From the NCBI GenBank assembly GCA_964368645.1, contig CAYJBY010000008.1:47249-111248 (forward strand): a stretch of 64,000 nt of DNA, given 5' to 3'. A model generated the notes under the pieces. The model made no database searches and was not told the origin of the DNA. It was given only the letters and a program-made list of their open reading frames with translations. This document shows, piece by piece, positions 29,201 to 36,647 of the stretch. The position numbers and the translations under genes were made by a program. This DNA is from an uncultured Christensenellaceae bacterium (GTDB lineage Bacteria; Bacillota; Clostridia; Christensenellales; CAG-1252). Position 1 is the first letter of the stretch; each line of letters opens with the position of its first letter.

Positions 29201-29392
29201 CACCATTTTTTGCGGAATACCCCATCTAAGGTCGATTTCCACTATGTCGATAAGACGGGAAGCATATTCGCGCCTTAGCTTGGGGAAAATCGTGTTGACT
29301 ATCAGATCGCGCTCCTCGTGCATATCCGAAAAGGTTGAGGATACAAAAACTCTTACCTTGCGCTCCGTCAGCTCCTTAAATGCTCTTATCAT
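26228..29392 (-). CDS. DUF4062 (TIR-like) - P-loop STAND NTPase - TPR protein, a candidate NLR-like conflict/defence sensor
   Basis: Start set at MIRAFKEL (AGGGAG RBS). The ORF track extends to 29425. N-terminus is VRVFVSSTFSDMHEERD...VEIDLRWGI...FFLGILGGRYGY. Walker A FIYGGKGTGKSAF at 28628-28651. Walker B-like IYLFIDASEQ. The C-terminal 350 aa or so carries KLC-type TPRs. Confidence 0.8.
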   Translation of the reverse strand: MIRAFKELTERKVRVFVSSTFSDMHEERDLIVNTIFPKLRREYASRLIDIVEIDLRWGIPQKMVDNGLALEICIGEVLRCKPFFLGILGGRYGYVTNEAQYAKLPASYKKAIGKLTSSCVSITEMEMRAGVLSQTVPVRASFQLRGANGGDKEDKHLTDLRECIKKDARCHAENYDNLEDFERNTYEALKKHIDNLFPNVPVIPYGDAAYYTHLNLLKRYCSRYAPSLTFVQKVTRQLEDGNDVFIYGGKGTGKSAFMSYLIKQMGEDKNRNVFFHYVSAGGDSRAVDALFRRIYLNLTETFGITPVPADNIQTAVKELISGLKTEEPIYLFIDASEQLISKVSPAVLFGELSKLNPKLTVVLSGVTKPQGLCGAAYEMPLLTKPQIRRVSRELLSFYGKNLTAAELELIADNASCANPLFLTALLDELRVHGQYESFADYFKCLTGYSTFGELFSNAYDRLCAYFKERGLRSSDIAKAFGLLLYSYRGVSENEMMSIAKIPPLAWVSLYSTLENYVYEQNGILFIGHDLIRAEMQKLLDISSQKDGKDYVAISQRAIIRYFRREEASASRRAEELSFAYDRDKRYGALTSVVARAANFACLVDGARTALVGYFNHLQKKQGELQTALLAELKEYSTRGLSTALSGVLCQSGCFTACESAVNGFLADKDCSDADRVALTADLARCRYKLATNRYALAEKTYDELIALQQRLFPEDTYGLMRHTFMSAIVQNSMGHIDRAISLYEQVVDYYRKEGIEDYNSSWAMGNLANCYYTIGCQSKGDALFSDAIRIRLTLFGEISSEIAWTYCYYWPNLYAYGRYDEAFETAKTACEIHRRLFGDGGVELAWSLQNYANMLMVRGDYATAESYFKRSIELNNSPVAAAKRPHIYSLTSYNNLGCLYSLQGKSAVEQLRQTLAYKRSKQGRNHVYTANCALNLANCTEDFKEALACYDFAVKTYRDSIGGISSDLQFALVSKARKCIAAKRFQLAKAPLAEALSIAESGKLDKSVVDYLLYKTLRELNNEGYAKELKELAVFAKDRLYLTHNNESEMIIII

Positions 29393-30287
29393 AATACGCT
29401 CCCTGATACAGATTATCCTTTTCAAGCATCTTATTGATACCGTCTAAAATCGCGTTCTTTTGCAGATTCCACTGGGGAGCGACCAACAGTCCCTTGGGAC
29501 AGTCGCCCGTCAAACGGTGGATTATCAGGCTTGGCTTCACGTGAGTCAAAACGTAAACCGCCTGCTTTATGTACTCTTCCATTGTGATACTGGTGAACTT
29601 ACCCTCTCTGTACCAGTCGGCAAGCACCGTACCCTCCATAACGTAAAGGCAGTGGATTTTGATACCTGTAATATCGAAACGGTTGATAAAGCTGACGGTG
29701 TTTTGCACGTCCTCAAAGGTTTCGCCCGGCAAGCCTATCATCAGGTGAGTCACCACGTCTAAGCCGTATTTGTTGAGAATCGCCACAGCCTGCGCGTACT
29801 GCTCCGAGGTGTGCAAACGGTTGATATAGCGAAGGGTATCGTCGTTAGAAGTCTGCAAGCCAAGCTCCACCCAAACGTACAGTTTTTTCGCGTATTCGGC
29901 AAGCAGTGCGGCAATCTCCTCGGTAATGCAATCGGGGCGCGTGCCTACGCTTAACGCCACTATACGGTCGTCGATAAGTGCGGCGTCGTAACGCTTTTTC
30001 AGCGTGTCAACGTCAGCATAGGTATTGGTGAAGTTCTGGAAATACGCTATATATTTTTGCACGGGCGAGCCGCGATGCGCCGCTAAATACTCCTCCACCT
30101 GAGCCGTGATGCTCAAGCCTTGGTCGATATGCTCGCCTGCGCCCCTTTCTCCGCAAAAAACACAGCCGCCGTAGCCGCATTTACCGTCGCGGTTAGGACA
30201 GGTAAAACCGCCGTCAATGCAGATTTTGCCTACCTTATCTCCGAATTTGTCCTTGAGAAAAGTGCTGAAATTGTTGTAACGTATCAT
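29376..30287 (-). CDS. Radical SAM protein, TIGR01212 (YtqA/YhcC-like) family
   Basis: Start moved to MIRYNNFSTFLKDKFG (GGAGGAC RBS). CPNRDGKCGYGGCVFC cluster motif. Confidence 0.8.
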   Translation of the reverse strand: MIRYNNFSTFLKDKFGDKVGKICIDGGFTCPNRDGKCGYGGCVFCGERGAGEHIDQGLSITAQVEEYLAAHRGSPVQKYIAYFQNFTNTYADVDTLKKRYDAALIDDRIVALSVGTRPDCITEEIAALLAEYAKKLYVWVELGLQTSNDDTLRYINRLHTSEQYAQAVAILNKYGLDVVTHLMIGLPGETFEDVQNTVSFINRFDITGIKIHCLYVMEGTVLADWYREGKFTSITMEEYIKQAVYVLTHVKPSLIIHRLTGDCPKGLLVAPQWNLQKNAILDGINKMLEKDNLYQGAYYDKSI

Positions 30288-30349
30288 AGTCCTCCTGCGT
30301 TGTAAGCCCACCTGCCGTTTTAACGCGCGTTAGTGCCGTATAATAATCA

Positions 30350-30378
30350 ATTATAAATAAGAAAGTTGTTAATGTCAA
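30350..30378 (-). promoter_or_regulatory. Perfect consensus promoter driving radical-SAM + STAND genes
   Basis: On the minus strand: TTGACA, 17 nt, TATAAT. Confidence 0.6.
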
Positions 30379-30400
30379 CCTTGCAAATGTCCGCTCAAGG

Positions 30401-30429
30401 TTTACAGCGTAAAATAAACGTGATATAAT
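30401..30429 (+). promoter_or_regulatory. Divergent promoter for the HD-domain gene
   Basis: TTTACA, 17 nt, TATAAT. Confidence 0.55.
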
Positions 30430-30457
30430 GATTCCAGTTTTTCTCTTGGAGGTAACT

Positions 30458-31048
30458 ATGGACGCTTTGCTTGACAGACAGCAGGCTTTGACTTTGCTGA
30501 AACGGTATAATAAGGACAATTTTCATATACAGCACGCTCTTACGGTAGAGGCGGTTATGCGGTGGTTCGCCCAAGCGCAGGGCTACGGAGAGGAAGCGGA
30601 TTTTTGGGCGACGGTAGGCTTGCTCCACGACGTGGATTTTGAGGAGTATCCCTCCGAGCATTGCAAAAAAGCTCCCGAACTGCTTGCCGAGGCAGGCGCG
30701 TCGGAAGCTCTTATACACGCGGTTTGCTCTCACGGCTACGGCGAGTGCTGTGACGTAGAGCCCACGCTTTTTATGGAAAAGGTGCTTTTTGCGGTGGACG
30801 AGCTGACAGGTCTTATCTGGGCGGCGGCTCTTATGCGCCCTTCTAAAAGCGTGTCGGATATGGAGCTTAAAAGCTTGAAAAAGAAGTTTAAGGACAAGCA
30901 TTTCGCAGCAGGCTGTTCCCGAGAGATAATCGAAAAGGGCGCGGTTATGTTAGGCTGGGATTTGGATAAGCTGTTGGATACAACGCTAATCGCTATGCGT
31001 GCGACCGAGGAGGCAATAGCCGCCGAGTACGCTGTTCAAACCGCTTAA
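30458..31048 (+). CDS. HD-domain phosphohydrolase
   Basis: Start moved to MDALLDRQQ (GGAGG RBS). H...HD signature (IQHALTVEAV...GLLHDVDFE). Confidence 0.75.
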   Translation: MDALLDRQQALTLLKRYNKDNFHIQHALTVEAVMRWFAQAQGYGEEADFWATVGLLHDVDFEEYPSEHCKKAPELLAEAGASEALIHAVCSHGYGECCDVEPTLFMEKVLFAVDELTGLIWAAALMRPSKSVSDMELKSLKKKFKDKHFAAGCSREIIEKGAVMLGWDLDKLLDTTLIAMRATEEAIAAEYAVQTA

Positions 31049-31059
31049 GGAGGCTCGCC

Positions 31060-31389
31060 TTGATTATCGACTTTGACGAACTCACGCCTGCGGTGGCAGA
31101 GCGTTTTAAGGGAGGCGAGGGTGCCGCGCTTATTTACAAATTCGAGGACGAGAACAATCGGATTATGCGGATAACCTTGGCGGCAGGCTCCTCTATCGGC
31201 TACCACGTTCACGAGGGCAGCTCGGAAATTCTGTACGTGCTTCAAGGGCGAGGTACGGCAATAGATGAGAACGGACGCTCCGTTCTTGCTCACGGGGTGT
31301 GTCACTACTGCCCCGAAGGAAAAGGTCACAGCATAGTCAACGACGGTGAAGAGGATTTGACATTTTTTGCGGTTGTACCCACAAAATAG
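31060..31389 (+). CDS. Cupin-domain protein
   Basis: TTG start with an AAGGAGG RBS. GYHVHEGSSEILYVLQG...HYCPEGKGHSIVN cupin motifs. Confidence 0.7.
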   Translation: MIIDFDELTPAVAERFKGGEGAALIYKFEDENNRIMRITLAAGSSIGYHVHEGSSEILYVLQGRGTAIDENGRSVLAHGVCHYCPEGKGHSIVNDGEEDLTFFAVVPTK

Positions 31390-31472
31390 CGGTTATTACA
31401 GGATAATTGATTTTTTACAACGTAAGGGGCAAGATAAGCCCACGTCTTACTATATAAGGCGGAAGGATTTTT

Positions 31473-32813
31473 ATGCAAACTGAAAAAACCACGGATAATT
31501 CTAAACAATTAACGCTTAACATTACCAAGTTCAACGACGATTACGACGGCGTTTGCCGCGTCAGGGATAAGACCTGGCACGTCAAGGGCGCATTACCCGG
31601 CGAAACGGTAGTTGCTCAAGAGGTTGAAAGTTTTACAACCGCCACGATTTGCAAGCTAAACAAGATTTTGGAACCCTCTAAGGACAGAGTTGCTCCCACC
31701 TGCCGCTATTATTCGCTTTGCGGTAACTGCTCCCTTATGCACTTGAGCTACACTGCGCAGTTGGCGGCAAAAACCGCCACGGTTAAGCGTAAGCTGTTGA
31801 AATTAGGCGCGGAAGTTCAGCCCTGCGTGGGTGACGCAGGCAATATGCGCAACAAGGTTCATCTTGTCTTTGGACTTAATAAAGAGCGGATAACACTGGG
31901 GTTTTTCAATGAAGAGACTCACCGCGCCATCGATACGCCGAAGTGCTTACGCCACGGCGAATGGTACGAGGTACTGTATAAGATTCTCGTTTCTTGGGCG
32001 GCAGGCAGTCAAAACAAGGTTTACGATCCCCGTAACGGCAAGGGCGTTTTACGCTTTGCGGTGGCTCGCTGTTTCGGCAGGGGGCTTTCGCTTACCCTCG
32101 TTGTGACTCGGGAAGAGGTCAGCGGACTGGATAGATTATATTCGGATTTATGCGCACGTTTCAGCGCGGTTGCCTTGTGGCTCAACGTCAACGCGGTTAA
32201 GTCTAACGAGGTGTTCGCAGGGCGTTTCGTCCACGTCGCAGGCAAGACCACGGTCAGCGGCAGAATTTGCGGCATAAGCTTCGAGCTTAGTCCCGAGGCT
32301 TTTTTCCAAACCAATACCAATATGGCGGAACGGATTTATAAGAACGTCGCCGCCCACATTGCGGATATGGGTGCGGAAACGGTTGTTGATGCGTTCAGCG
32401 GCATAGGCATAACGGACGTTTTGTTCGCAAAATCCGCTAAACAGGTAATTTCCATCGAGTTATCCTCCGCCGCGGTGAAAGACGCTGAAAAGCTGGCGGC
32501 CGATAACGGTATAACTAATATAGAGTTCCTTAACGGTGACGTTAACGAGTTACTTCCAAAACTGACTTTGCCTGAAAAATCCGTAGTTTTTGTGGATCCT
32601 CCGCGCAGAGGTTTGGGGGAAACGGTCTGCGGCGCGATTCTGCGCAACTCCCCTGCCGGAATTATATATCTTTCCTGTAACCCCAACACACTGGCTACCG
32701 ACCTTACAGCCCTAACCGACGGCGGCTACTCAATAACTTCCGTCGTCCCCTACGATATGTTTCCCTTTAGCAAGCACGTCGAAGTCTTGGTCAGCTTAGC
32801 GAAAAAAGCTTAA
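31473..32813 (+). CDS. RumA/TrmA-family 23S rRNA (uracil-C5)-methyltransferase
   Basis: TRAM-like N-terminus, Cys cluster CRYYSLCGNCSLMH, SAM-MTase motifs DAFSGIG and VDPPRRG, and catalytic SCNP. Confidence 0.85.
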   Translation: MQTEKTTDNSKQLTLNITKFNDDYDGVCRVRDKTWHVKGALPGETVVAQEVESFTTATICKLNKILEPSKDRVAPTCRYYSLCGNCSLMHLSYTAQLAAKTATVKRKLLKLGAEVQPCVGDAGNMRNKVHLVFGLNKERITLGFFNEETHRAIDTPKCLRHGEWYEVLYKILVSWAAGSQNKVYDPRNGKGVLRFAVARCFGRGLSLTLVVTREEVSGLDRLYSDLCARFSAVALWLNVNAVKSNEVFAGRFVHVAGKTTVSGRICGISFELSPEAFFQTNTNMAERIYKNVAAHIADMGAETVVDAFSGIGITDVLFAKSAKQVISIELSSAAVKDAEKLAADNGITNIEFLNGDVNELLPKLTLPEKSVVFVDPPRRGLGETVCGAILRNSPAGIIYLSCNPNTLATDLTALTDGGYSITSVVPYDMFPFSKHVEVLVSLAKKA

Positions 32814-32967
32814 GTAATTGGCATAGAGTAAGTAATTGATGACATACGAAGAATGAAACATAAAAAAGATAAATCTTTTCCTTTTGTTTATTGTTATTAT
32901 CATTCTTTTGTCAGGTATATTAACTGTTTGCCGCGGTGGCTTGATTGGTACTTTATTTGTTAAAGAA

Positions 32968-33151
32968 ATGGCGAAGATGGGAAAAAACTATATCTGTAAT
33001 GCTTATAATAGTGGCGATGGTTATAAAATTATAGGTTTTACAGAACAAGGGATTTTCAGAAAAAGAGGAAGGCACACAAGTTGCCGAATTAACGACGATA
33101 GCGCCGAATGAGGATAACAGCACATTGTACTTATATGCAATGTGGCAATAA
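32968..33151 (+). pseudogene. Possible degraded remnant of a cell-surface repeat (Listeria/Bacteroides Flg_new-like) protein
   Basis: Frame 1 reads ...NSGDGYKIIGFTEQG. After a frameshift at an A5 run, another frame reads EEGTQVAELTTIAPNEDNSTLYLYAMWQ*, resembling the ...TLYAxW repeat end. The context is AT-rich. Confidence 0.3.
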
Positions 33152-33288
33152 AAAATCCTCAACAATGTACGTTGAGGATTGGCTTTAAGCACTTGCCGTC
33201 TTCTTTCAATAGAAGGGGTGCAACTTAAAACATCATATATAATATATTATTTCGACCGTGATGTCAACACGCGGCACAAAGGAGATAA

Positions 33289-33972
33289 ATGAAAGTACTT
33301 GTTCTTAACGGCTCGCCAAAGGGCGAGAAAAGCGACACTCTGCATATTACTTCCGCATTTTTGGACGGAATGAACGACGTGCTGAAAAACGAAATTACCT
33401 ATCTTAATGTTAATTCAAAGCATATCGAGTATTGTCTGGGCGACCTTAGCTGTATGAAAAACGGCGGCAAATGCGTCCACAATGACGATATGGCTGATAT
33501 ACTTTCGCAAATGCTGTCGAGTGATATGTTACTTTTCAGTTTTCCGCTTTACGGATTTGGAGTTCCTGCACCGCTCAAAGCCTTGCTGGACAGAACCTTA
33601 CCACTTGGCTCTTTAGCTATGCGGAAAGAGGGAGATTATTACGAGCATATTGCACAGGCGGATTTTTCGCACTTACGCTATGCGGTTATCAGCGGTTGCG
33701 GATTCCCAAATGCAAAGCATAATTTTGACGCGCTGAAAATGCAATTTAAGCTTCGCTTTCCTAACGGGGTATTTATGCTCACGGTGCCGGAAGCACCTAT
33801 GTTCAATGCTCCGGAGGCGGCAACCGTTACAGTACCGTTTTTAGAGCTTGTTCGTCAAGCGGGACGAGAATACGCCAATCGCGGCAAAGTTTCGGAAGAG
33901 TTAATGGAAAAGCTGTCAATCCCGATGATTCCCGAAGAGGTTTATGCCGCAATTTGCAACGGAAACGCTTAA
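33289..33972 (+). CDS. Flavodoxin-like fold NAD(P)H-dependent FMN reductase family protein
   Basis: MKVLVLNGSPKGEKSDTLHITSAF N-terminus. GGAGA RBS. Confidence 0.7.
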   Translation: MKVLVLNGSPKGEKSDTLHITSAFLDGMNDVLKNEITYLNVNSKHIEYCLGDLSCMKNGGKCVHNDDMADILSQMLSSDMLLFSFPLYGFGVPAPLKALLDRTLPLGSLAMRKEGDYYEHIAQADFSHLRYAVISGCGFPNAKHNFDALKMQFKLRFPNGVFMLTVPEAPMFNAPEAATVTVPFLELVRQAGREYANRGKVSEELMEKLSIPMIPEEVYAAICNGNA

Positions 33973-34143
33973 AAATGGAGCAATTAAGCCGTAAATTAAT
34001 AAAGTCGGCAAATTTGCTTCTGTCTTTTTACCGATTCAGCTCATCACGGTTTTTTTGCGTTTTCAAGTAAACGAAAACATATAGTAAAATCACAATTTTG
34101 TTATGTTAAAACATATACAAACCAAAAGCAGTAATCAAATTTT

Positions 34144-34172
34144 TTGCGGTTGTGCAATAATTGTGCTATAAT
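34144..34172 (+). promoter_or_regulatory. Near-consensus promoter with an internal TTGTGC direct repeat
   Basis: TTGCGG, 17 nt (ttgtgcaataattgtgc), TATAAT (34167-34172). Confidence 0.55.
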
Positions 34173-34201
34173 TATTTATATTGGTAGATGGAGTTGGGAG
34201 A

Positions 34202-34327
34202 ATGGTACAAACATTGGAAGAGATGCAAAATGCCTTATCACTGTTATATAAAAGGTGGTGGGCGGAAGCTAAGCAGAATGGGTTTGATGCGAAATCGTTC
34301 AAAAAAGCTATAATAGGAAGCGAATAG
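34202..34327 (+). CDS. 41-aa hypothetical protein (MVQTLEEMQNALSLLYKRWWAEAKQNGFDAKSFKKAIIGSE)
   Basis: Not in the ORF track. It lies 30 nt downstream of the promoter -10, with GGAG 8 nt upstream of the ATG and a terminator about 135 nt downstream. Confidence 0.4.
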   Translation: MVQTLEEMQNALSLLYKRWWAEAKQNGFDAKSFKKAIIGSE

Positions 34328-34463
34328 TTTGAAAACGGTCGGCGTTAAAATGGCTTATCGCACGTTGCAGGTAACGGATTAATAACAGTTGAGTTCGTTG
34401 GCGCAAAAAACCATTTCGGTAGAAAAAATATTTAATAAAGCATTGTGTTTGATTAGTTCAATT

Positions 34464-34496
34464 AACCCATTTTGTTTTTGCAAAGTGGGTTTTTTA
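34464..34496 (+). terminator. Rho-independent terminator
   Basis: Stem aaccca/tgggtt with a 16-nt loop and T6. Confidence 0.5.
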
Positions 34497-34546
34497 TTGT
34501 AAAAAAAACGATAATCGAGAAATAAAGAATGCCCTGCCCGTGCGTG

Positions 34547-34747
34547 CTATTTCCTGCCGACCAAATAATCCAGATCTTCATCGAAATAATCCGCTATCAG
34601 GCAAAGGTTTTCCAGCCCTATTTCCCGTTGACAGTGGACGTAACGATAAAGCGTCTGTTGCGGAATACCTATTTCACGAGCTACTTGGCTAATACTCCTC
34701 TCTCCGATAAGCTCGCTTAATCGCTTTGAAAAAATTTCCATTTTCAT
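34547..34747 (-). CDS. XRE-family helix-turn-helix transcriptional regulator
   Basis: 66 aa. LSELIGERSISQVAREIGIPQQTLYRYV is a classic Cro/CI HTH. Confidence 0.85.
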   Translation of the reverse strand: MKMEIFSKRLSELIGERSISQVAREIGIPQQTLYRYVHCQREIGLENLCLIADYFDEDLDYLVGRK

Positions 34748-34748
34748 A

Positions 34749-34804
34749 TTGACATTTTACGCCAAACGGTGTTATATTAAACTAAATTACACCAAACGGT
34801 GTTA
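34749..34804 (+). promoter_or_regulatory. Divergent control region with a TTGACA promoter plus two identical 13-bp operators
   Basis: TTGACA (34749-34754), 17-18 nt, TATATT. The perfect direct repeat CCAAACGGTGTTA occurs at 34762-34774 and 34792-34804, with a 30-bp phasing. Confidence 0.6.
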
Positions 34805-34822
34805 AGGGAGGAGGTTTTTTTG

Positions 34823-35878
34823 ATGAAGGCAGCACTATGTACTCAATGTGGCGCAAAAATTGAAGTTGATGAGACAAAAGAGTTTGGTTATTGTCCAAAT
34901 TGCGGCACACAATACGTTGCGGAAAAAGTTTTAAGCAATTATTACAAAACCGTCAACGTCGGCTCCGTGAACGTATCGGTAAACAAATTAGAGGATTTAA
35001 TTGACAATGAAAGCACCTTTGTAAATGTTTTCAAGGTTCCGAAAAAGTATTCGGAAAAAGAATTTTTACGTCAGGTTTTTTGGGAACTCGGTACGGACAA
35101 GGATCTCCCCAAGGATATAATGAAACAGGTTACTTTCGGTCAAGTCCGAGAAAGCACGCGCGAAATCATTAAATGCTCCGCGTACGTAAAGTCCGATTAT
35201 TCTGCATCAGTCGGTTATGACAGAAAGGAACAATACATAGAGCAAGTAAGAAAGTATGATTCTAACAATCACCCGTATTACGAAAATGTTACGAGAGAAA
35301 GAACGGTAACTGATTGGAGACCTTTTAGCGGACACGCGGAAGGCGACGCCATAGGATACGGATATAATAATAACAAAACCGCAATTGAAGGCTTAAGCTT
35401 GTTCTCCGACCATAGATTAAAGGAAGTTATTTTAAGCTGTAAGGCTTCCGCCGTCGTGCAAGCAGAGCAAGTACCTGTGCATCCTGAAGGAGTAGCGCGT
35501 GCGAAGTCGGATTGTCGTATCGGTTTGGACTACCCCGGCGATCACGTTAGAGACAAGCACGTTAGCGATAACGTCACAGTAAATTCTTTAGAATGCTATA
35601 TTGTCCCCTTTTATGAGGTAGAATACACCTACGAGGGCAAAAAATACAATGCCAACGGATTCGGCAGCGGTGCTGTTTTGCCGCTGGTTATAACCCCCAG
35701 CATAAAAGATAAAAAGGAAGATTTGTCGCTATTGGCAGATGAGCAAACTAAGAAATTCAAGATCGCCGCACTTGCCTCTTGCTTACTATTACGGTTCGGC
35801 TACTTAGTATTACGGTTCGGCTACTTAGATTCAGGAGGATATAGTTATGAAATATCAATGCACGTTGCTGGCGGTTAA
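34823..35878 (+). CDS. Zinc-ribbon N-terminal protein, function unknown
   Basis: Start moved to MKAALCTQCGAKIEVDETKEFGYCPNCGTQY (AGGGAGGAGG RBS). The remaining 320 aa are unrecognised. The C-terminus is distorted by a tandem duplication and overlaps the next gene by 32 nt. Confidence 0.6.
   Translation: MKAALCTQCGAKIEVDETKEFGYCPNCGTQYVAEKVLSNYYKTVNVGSVNVSVNKLEDLIDNESTFVNVFKVPKKYSEKEFLRQVFWELGTDKDLPKDIMKQVTFGQVRESTREIIKCSAYVKSDYSASVGYDRKEQYIEQVRKYDSNNHPYYENVTRERTVTDWRPFSGHAEGDAIGYGYNNNKTAIEGLSLFSDHRLKEVILSCKASAVVQAEQVPVHPEGVARAKSDCRIGLDYPGDHVRDKHVSDNVTVNSLECYIVPFYEVEYTYEGKKYNANGFGSGAVLPLVITPSIKDKKEDLSLLADEQTKKFKIAALASCLLLRFGYLVLRFGYLDSGGYSYEISMHVAGG
35787..35828. repeat. Perfect 21-bp tandem duplication (tattacggttcggctacttag x2)
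   Basis: Read directly at 35787-35807 and 35808-35828. It encodes the LLRFGYLVLRFGYL tail. Confidence 0.9.
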
Positions 35879-36320
35879 GGACGTGGAAATATCGAAAAAG
35901 TTTTATGGGGAACTTTTTGACCAAAAGGTCGTTCTGGATTTAGGCTGGAACGTCACCTTTAACGGCGGCTTTGCCATACAGCAGAATTTCGGTTGGCTGA
36001 CAGGCATTAAGGATGAGGACATTGTAGCAAAGTCCAACAATATGGAGCTGTATTTTGTGGTGGAGGACTTCGACGGGTTTGTCGGAAAGCTGAACGCTTT
36101 TCCCGATATTCGTTACGTTAATCGTCCTATGACTCACGAGTGGAAACAACGCGTCGTACGCATATACGATCCCGATTTTCATATTATCGAAATCGGCGAA
36201 AGTATGTCCGTTATCGCGCGGCGGTATCTCAGCGAGGGATATTCCGTTGAGGAAACCGCAAAAATTATTCAACACCCGATAGAATTTGTGGAGCGGTCAA
36301 AAACCGAAATCGTGGAATAA
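35847..36320 (+). CDS. VOC (glyoxalase/bleomycin-resistance/dioxygenase) family protein
   Basis: MKYQCTLLAVKDVEISKKFYGELFDQKVVLD is a typical VOC beta-alpha-beta start. AGGAGGA RBS. Confidence 0.7.
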   Translation: MKYQCTLLAVKDVEISKKFYGELFDQKVVLDLGWNVTFNGGFAIQQNFGWLTGIKDEDIVAKSNNMELYFVVEDFDGFVGKLNAFPDIRYVNRPMTHEWKQRVVRIYDPDFHIIEIGESMSVIARRYLSEGYSVEETAKIIQHPIEFVERSKTEIVE

Positions 36321-36647
36321 CCGCACATATCCCCTGTTGTCAATCACGCAAGCCAAGCGATTATAATAGCCGTGGCTATCTTGGTTTCATTACCTATGCT
36401 TGGGCTGATTGCGCCCTAGAGCTAAAAAACATAGCGAAAATTGTTTTTTGCTATTGTATTTTACCCTATATAGGTGTTATCCTTAATAAGGACTATCATT
36501 ATTATCGGACATAATTATCGGTTATCACTGACTTGACGGACTTTATATTGTCTTTACGAAGGTAATTCTTGACTTTTCGGACTTTACAACTAACCGATAA
36601 CTTCATAAAAGGGACAATCATTACGACGAAAAAACAGCGGAGGGGTT

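Noticed and set aside
32884-33111. The 75-aa ORF as a genuine gene.
   Set aside because: It has a TTG start without an RBS. The hydrophobic N-terminus is translated from an AT-rich spacer. The C-terminal part continues in another frame as a repeat-protein remnant, so it is treated as a pseudogene fragment.
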